Made by a program: the position numbers and the translations under genes. The notes beneath the pieces were generated by a model. That model did no database searches and was not told the origin of the DNA. It saw only the letters and a list, made by a program, of their open reading frames with translations. DNA of 64,000 nt from the NCBI GenBank assembly GCA_051294375.1, contig JBJCIZ010000631.1, positions 83,164 through 147,163 on the forward strand, written 5' to 3'. This DNA is from Paraspadella gotoi (lineage: Eukaryota > Animalia > Chaetognatha). Positions 47,400 to 60,200 of the stretch are shown piece after piece (the first letter of the stretch is position 1; each line of letters starts with the position of its first letter).

Positions 47400-48350
47400 C
47401 TTCTTAAAAGCAATTAGGGATCGACGATGCCTGCTTTTGACTGCACTCGAATATATCTCAAACATATTTAGATATGGAAGCAGGCGGAAAATTTATATGT
47501 ACTGAACCCCAAGGAGTATTGAGATAGCAAATAGATAACGTGATACTTTTACTTGCACTCGTTTCTGAGGGCGATAGATGACCAATGGGATTTGACTAAA
47601 GCGGAGTGTATTAACCAAATGATAGGAGTTGTTGGATCGTAGCCAGTTATTTGGAATTTCTATATCATTCATTGAATTCTCGAATGATAACTCATTCATT
47701 GATGTTGATGATAGTAACTGGTATCATTGATCGGCCAATTGATAAATCATAACATATAACCTGCGATCGATAGCTCAAATTCATTGATGCCGGATGACTG
47801 TTACCATTCACTTGACGCGATGAGTTTAATTAGAAGGAGAGAAAGGAGATAAGAGAGAGACGATGAGAATGAGGGATGTCATCAGAGGAGAGTATGATTT
47901 GAGAGATGAAATCAATAGACGAGCAACACTATAAAATATTAATAAAACATATGTTTCTCTTACGAGAATAGTTTCCAAAAAAAAATAAATCCACGAAAAT
48001 CTCGGAAATATTTGGGATTTTTTGTATGTAAGAAAAAGTGGCGTGATAACGATAAAAATTGTTTTATTAGAGTGAGTGATTAATGCAATGATGCAATTTT
48101 GAATTAGATATACAATTAACTATTTTTTTTTTCAGGCATTTTTATTCTAGAGGATTTTTTATGTGTTTCCATAAAGTGAAAACTAAGATTACCTAGTTAG
48201 GTCTTTGTAAGATTTCGAGATTTCATTAAGATTTGCGTTAGAATAAAAAAATAAAAGAAAAAAACTAATGTTCAACAATTTGAGGTTGAAAAACCTCTAT
48301 TTTTTTTTGGCATATTTATTTTGAAAATGGAAATGGAGTATTTGAGATGA
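47400..48350 (-). repeat. Noisy inverted copy of ~50340-51025
   Basis: CTTAAAAGCAATTAGGGATCGA (47403), CATTCACTTGACGCGATGAGT (47805), AAATCCACGAAAATCTCGGAAAT (47987) and TGAGGTTGAAAAACC (48281) mirror motifs at 51000, 50738, 50540 and 50391 in reversed order. Confidence 0.75.
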
Positions 48351-49582
48351 GAATAAAAGGATTTGTTATTGTGGAGAGGAAATATTTTGTAAAAATAAAA
48401 AAAGTAAAGGGGGCGTATCTATATAGAAAGGAATAAGTATTTAGAAGGAAGAGAATATGAAATAATAATAAGGCTTAAAAAGAATGTAATAATTTTTTTC
48501 CAATTAAGGAGAAATTTAGAAAGCCGCAAGAAAAATGCAAGAAGGCCGAATGTCGCGGGTTATAGACTAAGTGAGAGGAGGAGACGAAGAGACTGTAGAG
48601 AAAGGAAGCTTTCAATATAGAATATCGGAACCGACTAACGAGAATTCTCAGTAGGCTTAAAAACGATTTTAAACACACAAACGGATTAAAGAATAACACT
48701 AGTTTTAAATAATTGTGATTAGTAAAACGTTAACGCACTCTCGATCGTGTTATTAACCTATTCATCGTCCCGCAATTACTTCAAACAATATAAAGAATTC
48801 ATAACGGGGTCGAGGTGACAAGCACAAAAAAAAGAAATATGAGAGAAAAACAAAAAAAAGAAGAAAAAAAATTGATTAAAAAAACAAAGGAAAAAAAAAA
48901 AAAAAAAAAAAAAGATAGAATACTGTTTGTGAGGCAGCAGAGCAAGAATATAAGCCAGAAAAAAAAAAATGGTTTGGGTGGTAGTCCGGAAGAAGGGAAT
49001 GAATTAATATAAAAATATATCAAGGAAAATTAGGCGAAGCCCAGGAAGGAGGAGTTATACGGGTTTCTCGTGAGGAAGGGTGATGAAGACGCATGTGGGA
49101 GATTGCTCATTACAACTATGAATAGGGGAGGGAGTGGGGGCAGGGGTCGGGTTCTTATTATTAAAATGCAGAGTTGCAGCAGGAAAAGGGTTCATGAGAT
49201 AACAAGTGATAGTGCAGCAGAGCACCTGTGTTCTGGGTAGTGGAAGTATAAACTAGGAATAGAAAGTAGGATAAAGGACACTGAGAGAAGAAAGAAGAAG
49301 CTAGTGGAAAGTACAGGGGGAGGAGAGAGAGAGGTCCCGCCGGTACTTCGTGTTACTTAAAATCACAAGGACCACACTAGACCCCGCACTAGCTGCCTTA
49401 CGATGTATACGAACCGACGATATCCAACCTAGAGTCGTTCTCGGTGCTTGTGACGTACGGTGGTGAAAAAAAAAAACAAAGTGAATAATGTTTTTTTTTT
49501 TTGCTGTAAAAAGCGTGCGGTGTGAGGGGAGCGAGTCAAGGAGGGTGGGTGTAGTGGTGAGGAGGAGAGCGGAGAGAGAGGA

Positions 49583-49607
49583 NNNNNNNNNNNNNNNNNN
49601 NNNNNNN
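49583..49607. other. Assembly gap (25 N)
   Basis: N run. Confidence 1.
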
Positions 49608-49854
49608 ATGCAGGCAATGTCACATGTACATCAACTTGTGTGACAGGCAATTGCGCGGATTAATATAAATAATATAATAAGTATCTTGTAAAAGTGATGG
49701 AGGCCTTAAACCACCAAAGCCTGTCCAAAGTCAGGGGCGAGATAGCTTATTTATTAAATGAATGGATAATTTTTATATTGGTTGTACCAATTTCATAAAA
49801 TTCAGCTCCTTGTATTTTGATGCTAGTGCGGAGTACAATAAGTATTCCCCGATC
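49608..49854 (+). repeat. Near-identical direct duplicate of 41728-41980 starting at a gap edge
   Basis: ATGCAGGCAATGTCACATG...AAGTATTCCCC(TC)GATC is shared. Confidence 0.92.
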
Positions 49855-50118
49855 TAATACTTAAGGGAGTGGTCTTTTCATACAATTGAAACATTCTTTG
49901 AAATATTTTCCACTTCATTGATAGGAAAGCCAGGTACTCTGGGAGTGAATAAAGGAGACTGTGAGAGAGTCTTGATTGAAAGCTTGCAGGGACCTGCTAT
50001 GTCATTATCTTGTAAGAGTGATGGAGGCCTTAAACCACCAAAGCCTGTCCAAAGTCAGGGGCTAGATAGCTTATTTATTAAATGAATGGATAATTTTTAT
50101 ATTGGTTGTACCAATTTC
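49679..50118. mobile_element. ~440-bp insertion with ~115-bp direct terminal repeats (period 324 bp), unclassified
   Basis: TATCTTGTAARAGTGATGGAGGCC...GTACCAATTTCATA occurs at 49682-49797 and 50006-50121. It is flanked by ATATAAT on both sides and is absent from the paralogous site at ~20385. Confidence 0.6.
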
Positions 50119-50640
50119 ATATAATGAAAAAATATAACAATCTAAAATTTTATTCAAGATTAAAATTTTTTAAGATGAGGAAATAAAATTTATTTGAATA
50201 AGTAAAAAAAATATTTGGAAGTCAAAAATATCATAGTCGTTAAATGATTATTGTCAACTATATATTTTGTTAACAGAGATTATAATTTTTTGACCGTTAT
50301 TATTGAAAATAGTTTAGCTTTATAGCGACGAGTTTTCATTTCATACAATCAATATCAATCTCATTCATTTTCAATAATATGCAAAAAAAAGGTTTTCAAC
50401 CTCATTTTGAACTAGATGAACAAAAGACTTCAGTCTTATTTCAATTGAAAAAAAAAGTTAATTGATGCTTAATCACACTCTAATAAAACAATTTTATTTT
50501 CATAACGCCACTTTTTTCCTAATACAAAATCCCAAATTTATTTCCGAGATTTTCGTGGATTTTTATTTTTTTCCTTCTAAAAACTTTTATTATTATTTTA
50601 TTATTCTCTCTATATTTCTCTCTCAATCAACTCTCTGTCG

Positions 50641-50718
<78 letters not shown>

Positions 50719-50738
50719 TTCTCTCTCTCTAATTAACT

Positions 50739-51025
50739 CATCGCGTCAATGAATGACTAGCATCGCATCAATGAATGACTATCATCGCATCAATGAATGA
50801 CTATCATCGCATCAATGAATGATTATCATCCGATTAATGAAGAACTATCATCACATCAATGAATGATTATCATCGCATCACTGAATGATTATCATCGCAT
50901 CCATCATTTGGTTATCATCGCATCAATCCTTTGGTTATCATCGCATCAATATTTGGTTATCATCGCATCAATATTTGGTTATCATCAAAAGCAGGCTCGA
51001 TCCCTATTGCTTTTAAGATTTTTTG
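50739..51025 (+). repeat. 22-bp minisatellite (CATCGCATCAATGAATGACTAT)n grading to CATCGCATCAATATTTGGTTAT, ending in a conserved terminal hairpin
   Basis: About 11 tandem units preceded by (TC)n at 50641-50730. It ends AAAAGCAGGCTCGATCCCTATTGCTTTT. Confidence 0.9.
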
Positions 51026-51220
51026 CTACGCTTTACTACTGACGTACGTAACTATGGGTTAACTCTTAAATATTTTTGGTTAAAGCTTCGTTGACCACTT
51101 ATACGACCACCAAGAAGACGAAATCTAGTTGCAACTTCGATCCCGCCACTTCGCTCGGTGAGTAGGCGAGAGAGTTCATCTGCTGAAGTCTAAGAGCGCC
51201 AGAAAACTACTGCTTAGAAA

Positions 51221-51282
<62 letters not shown>

Positions 51283-51879
51283 AGATCGAGGGTTGCTAAT
51301 TCTGAGTTGGCAAAACCCTCAGAAAAAAAAGATTTCTTATTTCTGATGCAGAAAGAAGAAAGATGAGTTTGATTAATGGAGCGGGAAAGAAGCAAAGAGA
51401 GAAGAGAAGGAAATCTGTGTTAGGACAATAAAAACAATAGCTTGAATAAAAAGGACCGACAGATCAGTAGGATTAAGAAGATAGAAAAAAAATGTAGAGG
51501 AAAGGAGAAGAATGAAATGGATGAAAGAAAAAAAAACAAAGAAACAATTAAATAAAAATAGTGAGAAAGAAAGACGGAAAGCAAAAAGTCAAGAATGAAA
51601 CGAAAATAAATAAAGATCCAATCAAAAAAAAATTTAAAAAAAGTTTATATCTAGTAAAAATGTATCCTTTAATTTAAAAAAAAAGTTTTATAAACTCTTG
51701 TTATTCAAACAATAACTAATATATCAAATTATATGATTTAACTGAAATACAATGTCGATAGGTGGCGTGAACAAATCGAAGGAAAGAAAAAACCATTAAC
51801 GAATAAGAAGAACCAAGCACTTTAAATTTTCTCTTCTCAGTTTTCGGAGATTATATAACGTTAAAAAAGAAATGAAAAA

Positions 51880-52105
51880 TCTTAAAAGCATAAGGATCGA
51901 GCCACCTTTTGATGGTAACCAAATATTGATGCGATGATAACCAAATAATTGACGTGCGATGATAACCAATATTGATGCGATGATAACAAAATGATTGATG
52001 GTGATGGATAATCAAATGATGATGCGATGATAGTCATTCATTGATATGATGATAATCATTCATTGATACGATGATAGTCATTCATTGATGCGTTCATTCA
52101 TTCAT
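51880..52105 (-). repeat. Inverted copy of the 22-bp minisatellite and terminal motif
   Basis: CTTAAAAGCATAAGGATCGAGCCACCTTTTGATG followed by ATTGATGCGATGATAACC units. Confidence 0.85.
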
Positions 52106-52149
52106 CTAAATAAAACAAAACAAATAGCGAGTATGAGTGAAAGAGAGGA

Positions 52150-52201
<52 letters not shown>

Positions 52202-52338
52202 CTGGACAGTTTTCCCGCACCGAAACGCGCATTATTATGTCTCTCGTCGTTTATATAAAGAATAATCAGAATTTTTAGGAAAAAAATCCACGAAAATCTC
52301 GGAATATGGCGATAATAAATTTTTAGAAGGAAAAAAAA

Positions 52339-52401
<63 letters not shown>

Positions 52402-52749
52402 AAAAAAGATTGTTCTTTTTTAGGAAGAAACCAGACCGAGGTCAAATTTTAATATTTGCATATTTAATTAATTTTATAAATTAGTTATCACAACTCAAAA
52501 GTTAAAATAATAAAATAACACAAAAAAAATATTTTTTTTAATAAATTTAATAATAGTAGCAATTTTATCAGAATAACAAAAAAGTAATGTTTATTTACTA
52601 TATCCTCTTATCAACTCCTATTTTAGATATAAATTTGGCCAATTAGTGGTGCCACAGCGCGTCAAAGTTTGCAATATAAATAACACAATTTTTTTTTATA
52701 ATGTGATGCATGCAGTTTAATATTTATTCGGCTAAAGTGCTGCATTTAA

Positions 52750-53405
52750 CAGGTCACATAGCTGATTTATATGTGACAATGCATCATTATAAGTATTCTC
52801 CTTTTTGCTAATGAATCCACAGAAAATCTCGGATGTAAATTTGGGATTTTGTATTGAGAAAAAGCAATAAATGGCGATAATAAGTTTTTAGAAGGAAAAA
52901 CATAATATAATTTCTCAAAAAGAACGATCACGAAGAGAGAGAGAGAGAGCGCTGGAACAGTTCCGTTAACTCGTTACTCGTCGCCTAGTGACGGTGGGTG
53001 AAAAAAAAAGTGATAAAATTTTTTTTGTAAAAAAAAGAGATAGAGGAGAGAAGAGAGAGAGAGAAAGAGAGAAGAGATGAGAGAGAGAAGCGAAGCGTAA
53101 GGAATGTTCGCTTGACATTGTTTACTCGTTAACGGCCACGAATCAGGAAAGGGAAAAAGGCAATAAAAATGCTGATAATAAAAAGTTTTTAAGAAGGAAA
53201 AAAAAAGAGAAAAGAGAGAGAGAGAGAGAGAGAAGAAAAAGAAAAAACCGAATTTTCTTTCCAATTATATCTCAGATATAAATTTGGGATTTTGGTATTG
53301 AAAAAAAAAGCGTCAGAATAAATGGCGAAATAAAGTTTTTAGAAGGAAAAAAATAATCAGGAATTTTTCAGAAAAACGAACAGAGAAGAGAGAGACAGAA
53401 AAGAC

Positions 53406-53436
<31 letters not shown>

Positions 53437-53540
53437 CAGAAAGAGAAAAAGAGGAGACAGAAAAAGACAGAAAGAGACAGAAAGAAAGGAAAGCTGGAAG
53501 GCAAGCTGAACAGCATGCAGAAGCTGAACTCTTTTTTAAG
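52750..53540 (+). mobile_element. Noisy inverted copy of the 40780-41800 modular element
   Basis: TGAATCCAC(A)GAAAATCTCGGATGTAAATTTGGGATTTTGTATTGAG (52812), ACTCGTCGCCTAGTGACGGTGG (52976) and AAGCTGAACAG (53502). Confidence 0.75.
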
Positions 53541-53574
53541 GCTTCGGAAATAAAGCAGCAACTGACAAATATAG

Positions 53575-53852
53575 TGTTTTTTTTTGTTTTTTTTTTTGTT
53601 TTTTTATTAATACCACAAAACAGTATTACATATGCATTAAAACAGTAATAGTGGTAAAAGACTGGAGAAAACTAAACTTTGTATTTGAAAATTTTTCAAT
53701 AAAACCAAAAGACGGCCTAACATTTAAAGGACTGGGAACAAGTAAAACTAAACTACATATTGAAATTCAATAAAAAACAAAAGACCCTAACGTTTTAAAA
53801 TTCATTAATAAATGTTATGAACTAATTCATAGAAACTATAAAAATAACGTTC
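53575..53852 (-). mobile_element. Poly(A)-tailed dispersed repeat, probable non-LTR retroposon 3' end (copy 2)
   Basis: Matches 40005-40256. The minus strand ends TATTAATAAAAAAA with an A-rich tail. Confidence 0.5.
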
Positions 53853-54092
53853 ATAGAACGTTTTAGAGGATCAATGTAAAAATCCATAAAACCGGAAAAA
53901 ACTAAAAAACGAAAAATGTCAAATGTCAAGAGAAGCAATAGTTTTTAATTTTAAATATTTGTATTTTTATTTTTTGATAATGCGTAAAATAAAAAGCAAA
54001 AAAATATGACAACAAAGACAAAAAACAAAAAATATAAAGCATAAAACGAAAAACAATTGTAAGTAAAACGTTCAAGATAATGCGTAAAAACA

Positions 54093-54192
54093 NNNNNNNN
54101 NNNNNNNNNNNNNNNNNNNNNNNNNNNNNNNNNNNNNNNNNNNNNNNNNNNNNNNNNNNNNNNNNNNNNNNNNNNNNNNNNNNNNNNNNNNN
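54093..54192. other. Assembly gap (100 N)
   Basis: N run. Confidence 1.
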
Positions 54193-54234
54193 AAGAAGAG
54201 AGAGTGATACTGTGTGTGTACTGCATAGTGAAGA

Positions 54235-57200
54235 GGGATTGGAAAAAGCGTTTTTCCTTTGTTTTTAAAACAGTTTTTATCTCTTTGGAAGTCATTTGCT
54301 GGTGTTTTTTACGTTATCTTTTTTTACATTGAAAGCTCGTTATCAGTGTTTTTTTATGTCTTTTTACACCTGGAAATAATCGTTTGCCGTTTTTTTAAAA
54401 GTTTTTTATTTTTTTATATTGGAAAAGAAACTTTCCATGTGTTTTTAACGTTTTTTTTTTTTTTATATTTGGAAAAGAAAGTTTGCTAGTGTTTTTAAAC
54501 GTGTTTTATCTCTTTTTAAACATTGGAAAAAAAGCGTTTCTTTGTTTTAAAAGATTTTATCTCTTTGAAAATGTCGTCTGCCGGTGTATTTAACGTTTTT
54601 ATACTTTTTACATTAGAAAACGTTTATCGTGTTTTTTTCTCTTTTTACATTGGAAAAATCGTTTGCCGCGTTTTTATTAGTTTTTTCTCTTTTTATATTG
54701 GAAAGAAGTTTTGCTAGTGTTTTAAACGTTGTTATCTCTTTTTACATTGAAATGCAGTCTGCCGGTGTTTAACGTTTTTATCATCTTTTTACAAATGAAA
54801 AGTCGTTTTTGATGTTTTAACGTTTTTAGCTTGTTTTACATAGAAAAGTCGTTTTGAGGTTTTTCAACGTTTTATTTCTTTTTTTATGGAAAAGTGTTTG
54901 CCAAAGTTTTAATAACGTTTTTTATCTTTTTTTACATTGGAAAAAGCTTTTTCTTTGTTTTTAACTTTTTATCTCTTGGAAAAGTCGTTTGCTCGGTGTT
55001 TTTACGTTATTATCTTTTTTACATTAGAAAAAATCATTTTATCGGTGTTTTTTATGTCTTTTTAACACAGGAAAAATCGTTTGCCGGTTTTTTAAAAGTT
55101 TTTTTGTATTTTGAGTTGCTGTGTTTATTTATTTCTGAATATTGAAAAGAAGTTTGCTGGTTTTTAACGTTTTTATCTCTTTTATATTGGAAAAAGCGTT
55201 TTCTTTGTTTTTAAGGTTTTATCTCTTGGAAAGATTCGTCTTGCTCGGTGTTTTACGTTTTATCTTTTTTTACATTAGAAAACGTTTTATCGGTGTTTTT
55301 ATCTCTTTTTACACTGGAAAAATCGTTTCCGGTTTTTTAATTTTTATTTCTTTTTATATTGGAAAAGAAGTTGCTAGTGTTTTATACTGTTTTTATCTTT
55401 TTAATTGGAAAGAAGTTGTTGCCAGTGTTTTTAACGTTTTTATCTCTTTTACATTGGAAAAAAGCGTTTTTCTTTGTTTTAAAGTTTTTATCTCTTGGAA
55501 ATGTCGTCTGCAAGGTGTATTTAACGTTTTTATAACTTTTTACATTAGAAAAACCTTTATCGGTGTTTTTTATCTCTTTTACATTAGAAAATATCGTTTA
55601 CCGGTTTTTTTAAGTTTTTAATTTCTTTTAATATTGGAAAAGAAGTTTGCTAGTGTTTTTAACGTGTTTTATCTCTTTTTACATTGAAATGTCACTCTGC
55701 GGTGATATTTAACGTTTTTAATCTTCTTTTACAAATGAAAATCGTTTTTTATGTTTTTTACGGTTTTAGCTTTTTTTACCATAGGAAAAGTCGTTTGACG
55801 GGTTTTTCAACGGTTTTATTTTTTTTATTGAAAAGTTGTTTGCCAAAGTTTTACGTTTTTTATCTCTTTTACATTGGAAAAGCGTTTTCCTTTTGTTTAA
55901 AACGTTTTTATTTCTTTGGAAAAGTGTTTGCTGGGTTTTTTTACGTTATCTTTTTTTACATTAGAAAAGTCGTTAGTCGTGTGTTTTTTATTTTTTTTAC
56001 ATGGAAAATCGTTTGCCGCGTTTTTTATTTTTTTCTAAGCAAAAGTTTCTAATGTTTTGACGTTTTTATTTTTTTATTGGAAAAGAAGTTTGCTAGTGTT
56101 TTTAACGTATTTTATCTCTTTTTTAACATTGGAAAAAGCGTTTTTCTTTGTTTTAAACGGTTTTTATCTTCTTGGAAAAGTCGTTTGCTGGTGTTCTTTT
56201 ACGTTTATTTCTTTTTTTATACATTAGAACAAGTCGTTTATCGGTGTTTTATGGCTTTTTAACCACTGGAAATAATCGTTTGACCCGTGTTTTAAAAAGT
56301 TTTTAATTTCTTTTTATATTGGAAAAGAAGTTTGCTAGTGTTTTTAACGTTTTATTTCTTTTATGAATTCGTGCGTGATTAACTTATTATGAAAGTTTAG
56401 GTTTATCTTATTGGAAATGTTTAGTTTTACGTTATTCTTGTTTATGGAAGAAGTTTCTAGTTTACTTTCTTACTTTTACTTGGAAAACTTTTGTTTGTTA
56501 TCTTGGATGTCGTGCCGGTGTATTTAACGTTTTATACTTTTTTACAATTAGGAAAAGTCGTTTTTATTTTAAGTTTTGTTTTATAGAAATCTTGAGTGGT
56601 TTTCACGTTTACTTTTTGAAGCATTTTGCGTTTCTTTTTACATTGGGAAAAGTACTTGTACGTTTTACTTAAAAACGTTGCTGGTTTTTTTTATATCTTA
56701 TTGAAGTCGTTTCTTTATGTCTTCATTGAAAATCGTTGCTTAAAGTTTTATTCTAGGAGTTAGCTATTTTACTTAGGCTTTAATGGAAAAGAAGTTTGCT
56801 AGTGTTTTTACGTTTTTACTCTTTTACATTGGAAAAGCGTTTTTCTGGTAAGTTTATCCTTGGTTCGTCGCGGTGTATTTAACGTTTTTATACTTTTTAC
56901 ATTAAGCTTTAGTGTTTTAATCTCTTTACATTGAAAATCGTTTTGCGTTTGATGTGTTTAAGTTTTAGTTTTTTTTAATATGAAAATTGTGTGCTGTGCT
57001 TTTTCAACGTTTTATTCTTTCTTTTTAATGGAAAAGCGTTTTTCTTTGTTTTAAAGTTTTTATCTCTTTGGAAAAAGTGTCGTTTGCTGGTGTTTTTTAC
57101 GGTTATTATCCTTTTTTACAATAGAAAAGTCTTTTATCGAATGTTTTTATCTCTTTTTTACACTGAAGAAATCGTTGCCGGTTTTTTAAGGTTGTTATTT

Positions 57201-60200
57201 CTTTTTATATTGAAAAGAAGTTGCTAGTGTTTAACGTTTTTATCTCTTTTTACATTGAAAAATTCGTCTCACGGTGTATTTAACGTTTATCTCTTTTTAC
57301 AAATGAAAAGCGTTTTTAGATTTAGTGAGTTTAATAGAAGTTGTTTGACGGGTTTTTCAACGGTTTATTTCTTTTTTATTGGAAAAGTTGTTGCCAAAGT
57401 TTTTAAACGTTTTGATCCTTTTTACATTGGAAAAGCGTTTTCTTTGTTTTAAACCTTTTTATCCTCTTGGAAGAAGTCGTCTTGCCTGGTGTTTTATTAC
57501 GTTTATTATCTTTTTTACATTAAAAAGTCGTTTATACGGTGTTTTTTATCGTCTTTTTACATCTGGAAAAATTGCGTTTGCCGTATTTTAAAAGTTTTTA
57601 TTTTTATTTAGACTGTGTTTTCGTTATTTTGGAAAAGAAGTTTGCTAGTGTTTTTAAACGTTTTATCTGTTTTTTACATTGGAAAAAGCGTTTTTTTTGC
57701 TTTTAAAGTTTTTTCTCTTTGGAAGATGTCGTCTGCCGTGTATTTACGTTTTAATACTTTTTAATTAGAAGAACGTTTTCGTATGTTTTTCTCATCTTTT
57801 ACATTGAAAAAATCGTTTACCGGTTTTTTTTAAAGTTTTTTTTTCTTTTTATTGGAAAGAAGTTTGCATAGTTTTTTACGTTTTTATCTTCTTTTAATCA
57901 TTTGAGAAATGTCGTTGCCGTGTATTTAACGTTTTTATCTCTTTTTACAATGAGAAAGTCGTTTTGAGTTTTTAACGTTTTAGCTTTTTTGTACATAGGA
58001 AAAGTCGTTTGACCGGGTTTTTCAACGGTTTTATTTCTTTTTTATTAGAAAGTTTGTTGCCAAAGTTTTTAACGTTTTAATCTCATTTTACTAGAAAAAG
58101 CGTTTTTCTTCTGTTTTTTAAAACGTTTTTATCTCTTTGAAAAGGTCGTTTGCTGGTGTTTTTACGTTATTATCTTTTTTTACTAGAAAAGTCTTTATGC
58201 GGTTTTTTTATGTCTTTTTAACTGGGAAAAATCGTTTGCCGGTTTTTTAAAAGTTTTTATTTCTTTTATATGGAAAAAGAAGTTTGCTAGTGTTTTTAAC
58301 GTTTTTATTTCTTTTACATGGAAATGTCGTCTGCCCGGTGTAGATTTAACGTTTATATCAACTTTTTAGCATTAGAAAAGTTTATCGGTGTTTTTTATCT
58401 TCTTTTTAACGATTGGAAAAACGTTACCGTTTTTTTTTACGTTTTTATTTCTTTTATATTGGAAAAGAAGTTTGCTAGTGTTTTTAACGTTTTTATCTCT
58501 TTTTTACATTGGAAATGTCCGTCTGCCGGGTGTATTTTAACGTTTTTAATCTCTTTTTACAAATGAAAAGTCGTTTTTGATGTTTTTAACGTTTTTAGCT
58601 TTTTTTTTACATAGGAAAAGTTGTTTGAACGGGTTTTTCAATGTTTTTTATTTCTTTTTTATTGGAAAAGTTTGTTTTGCCAAAGTTTTTACGTTTTTAT
58701 CTTTTTTTACATTGGAAACATTTTTCTTTGTTTTTAAACGTTTTTATCTCTTTGGAAAAGTCGTTTGCCGTGTTTTTACGTTATTATCTTTTTTACATTA
58801 GAAAATCGTTTATCGGTGTTTTTTATCTTTTTTTACAGCAGGAAAATCGTTTGCCGGTTTTTAAAAGTTTTTATTTTTTTATATTGGAAAGAGAAGTTTG
58901 CTAGTGTTTTTAACGTTTTTATTTCTTTTTATATTGGAAAAGAAGTTTGCTTAGTGTTTTCTAACGTTTTTATCTCTTTTTTAACATGTGAGGAAAAAAG
59001 CGTTTTTTTGTTTTTAAAAGTTTTTCATCTCCTTGAAATGCGTCTGCGGTGTATTTAAAACGTTTTTAATCACTTTTTAATATTAGAAAACGTTTATTCG
59101 GTGTTTTTTTATCTCTTTTTTACATGGAAAAATCGTTTACCGCGTTTTTTTTAAGTTTATTTCTTTTTTATATTGGAAAAGAAAGTTTGCTAGTGTTTTT
59201 AACGTTTTTTACTGTCTTTTTACATTGGAAGAAGAGTTTTGCCTAGTGTTTTAACGTTTTTTATCACTCTTTTTACATTGGAAAGAAGCGTTTTTCTTAT
59301 GTTTTTAAAGTTTTTAATCTCTTTGAGTATAATGATCGTCTGCCGGTGTATTTAACGTTTTTATAAACTTTTAACATTAGAAAACCCTTTTATCGTGTTT
59401 TTTAGTCTTCTTTACATTAGAAAAATCGTTTACCGGTTTTTTTTTAGTTTAATTTCTTTTGAGTATTGGAAAAGAAGTTTGCTCTCAGTGCTTTTTAACG
59501 TTTTATCTTTTTTTACATTGGAAAAAGCGTTTTTTTTGTGTTTTTAAAAGTTTTTATCTGCTTGGAAATGTCCGTCTGCCAGTGAGGTAATTAACGTTTT
59601 TGATCACTTTTTACAATCAGAAAACGTTTATCGGTATTTTTTCTCTCTTTTTACATTGAAAAAATCGTTTACCGGTTTTTTTTAAGTTTTTATTTTCTTT
59701 TTATATTGGAAAAGAAGTTTGGCGTGAGTCTTTAACGTTTTTATCTTTTTTTAACATTGGGCAATCGTCGTCTGCCGGTGTAGTTTAATCGTTTTAATAT
59801 CTTTTACAAATGAAGAGTCGTTTTTTACGTTTTTAACGTTTTTGAGCTTTTTTTAACATAGGAAATAGTCGTTTTGAACGGGTTTTTCAACGGTTTTATT
59901 TCTTTTTATTAGAAAATGTTCGGTAACCAAATGCTTTAACGTTTTTATCTCTTTTTGACTTTATGACACACACACCGCAGCGCTTTTCTTTGTTTTTAAC
60001 GGGAGGTTTTATCATATTTGGAAAAGTCGTCGGCTGGTGTGTTTTATACGTCAATTCTTTTTTTACATTAGAGAAGAGGTCGTTTCGGTGTTTTTTATGT
60101 CTTTTACATGGAGAAATCGTTTGCACGGTGTCTTGTTAAGAAAGTATAGTGTTACTTTTATATAGTTGGAAAAGAAAGTTTGCTAGTGTTTTAACTGAGT

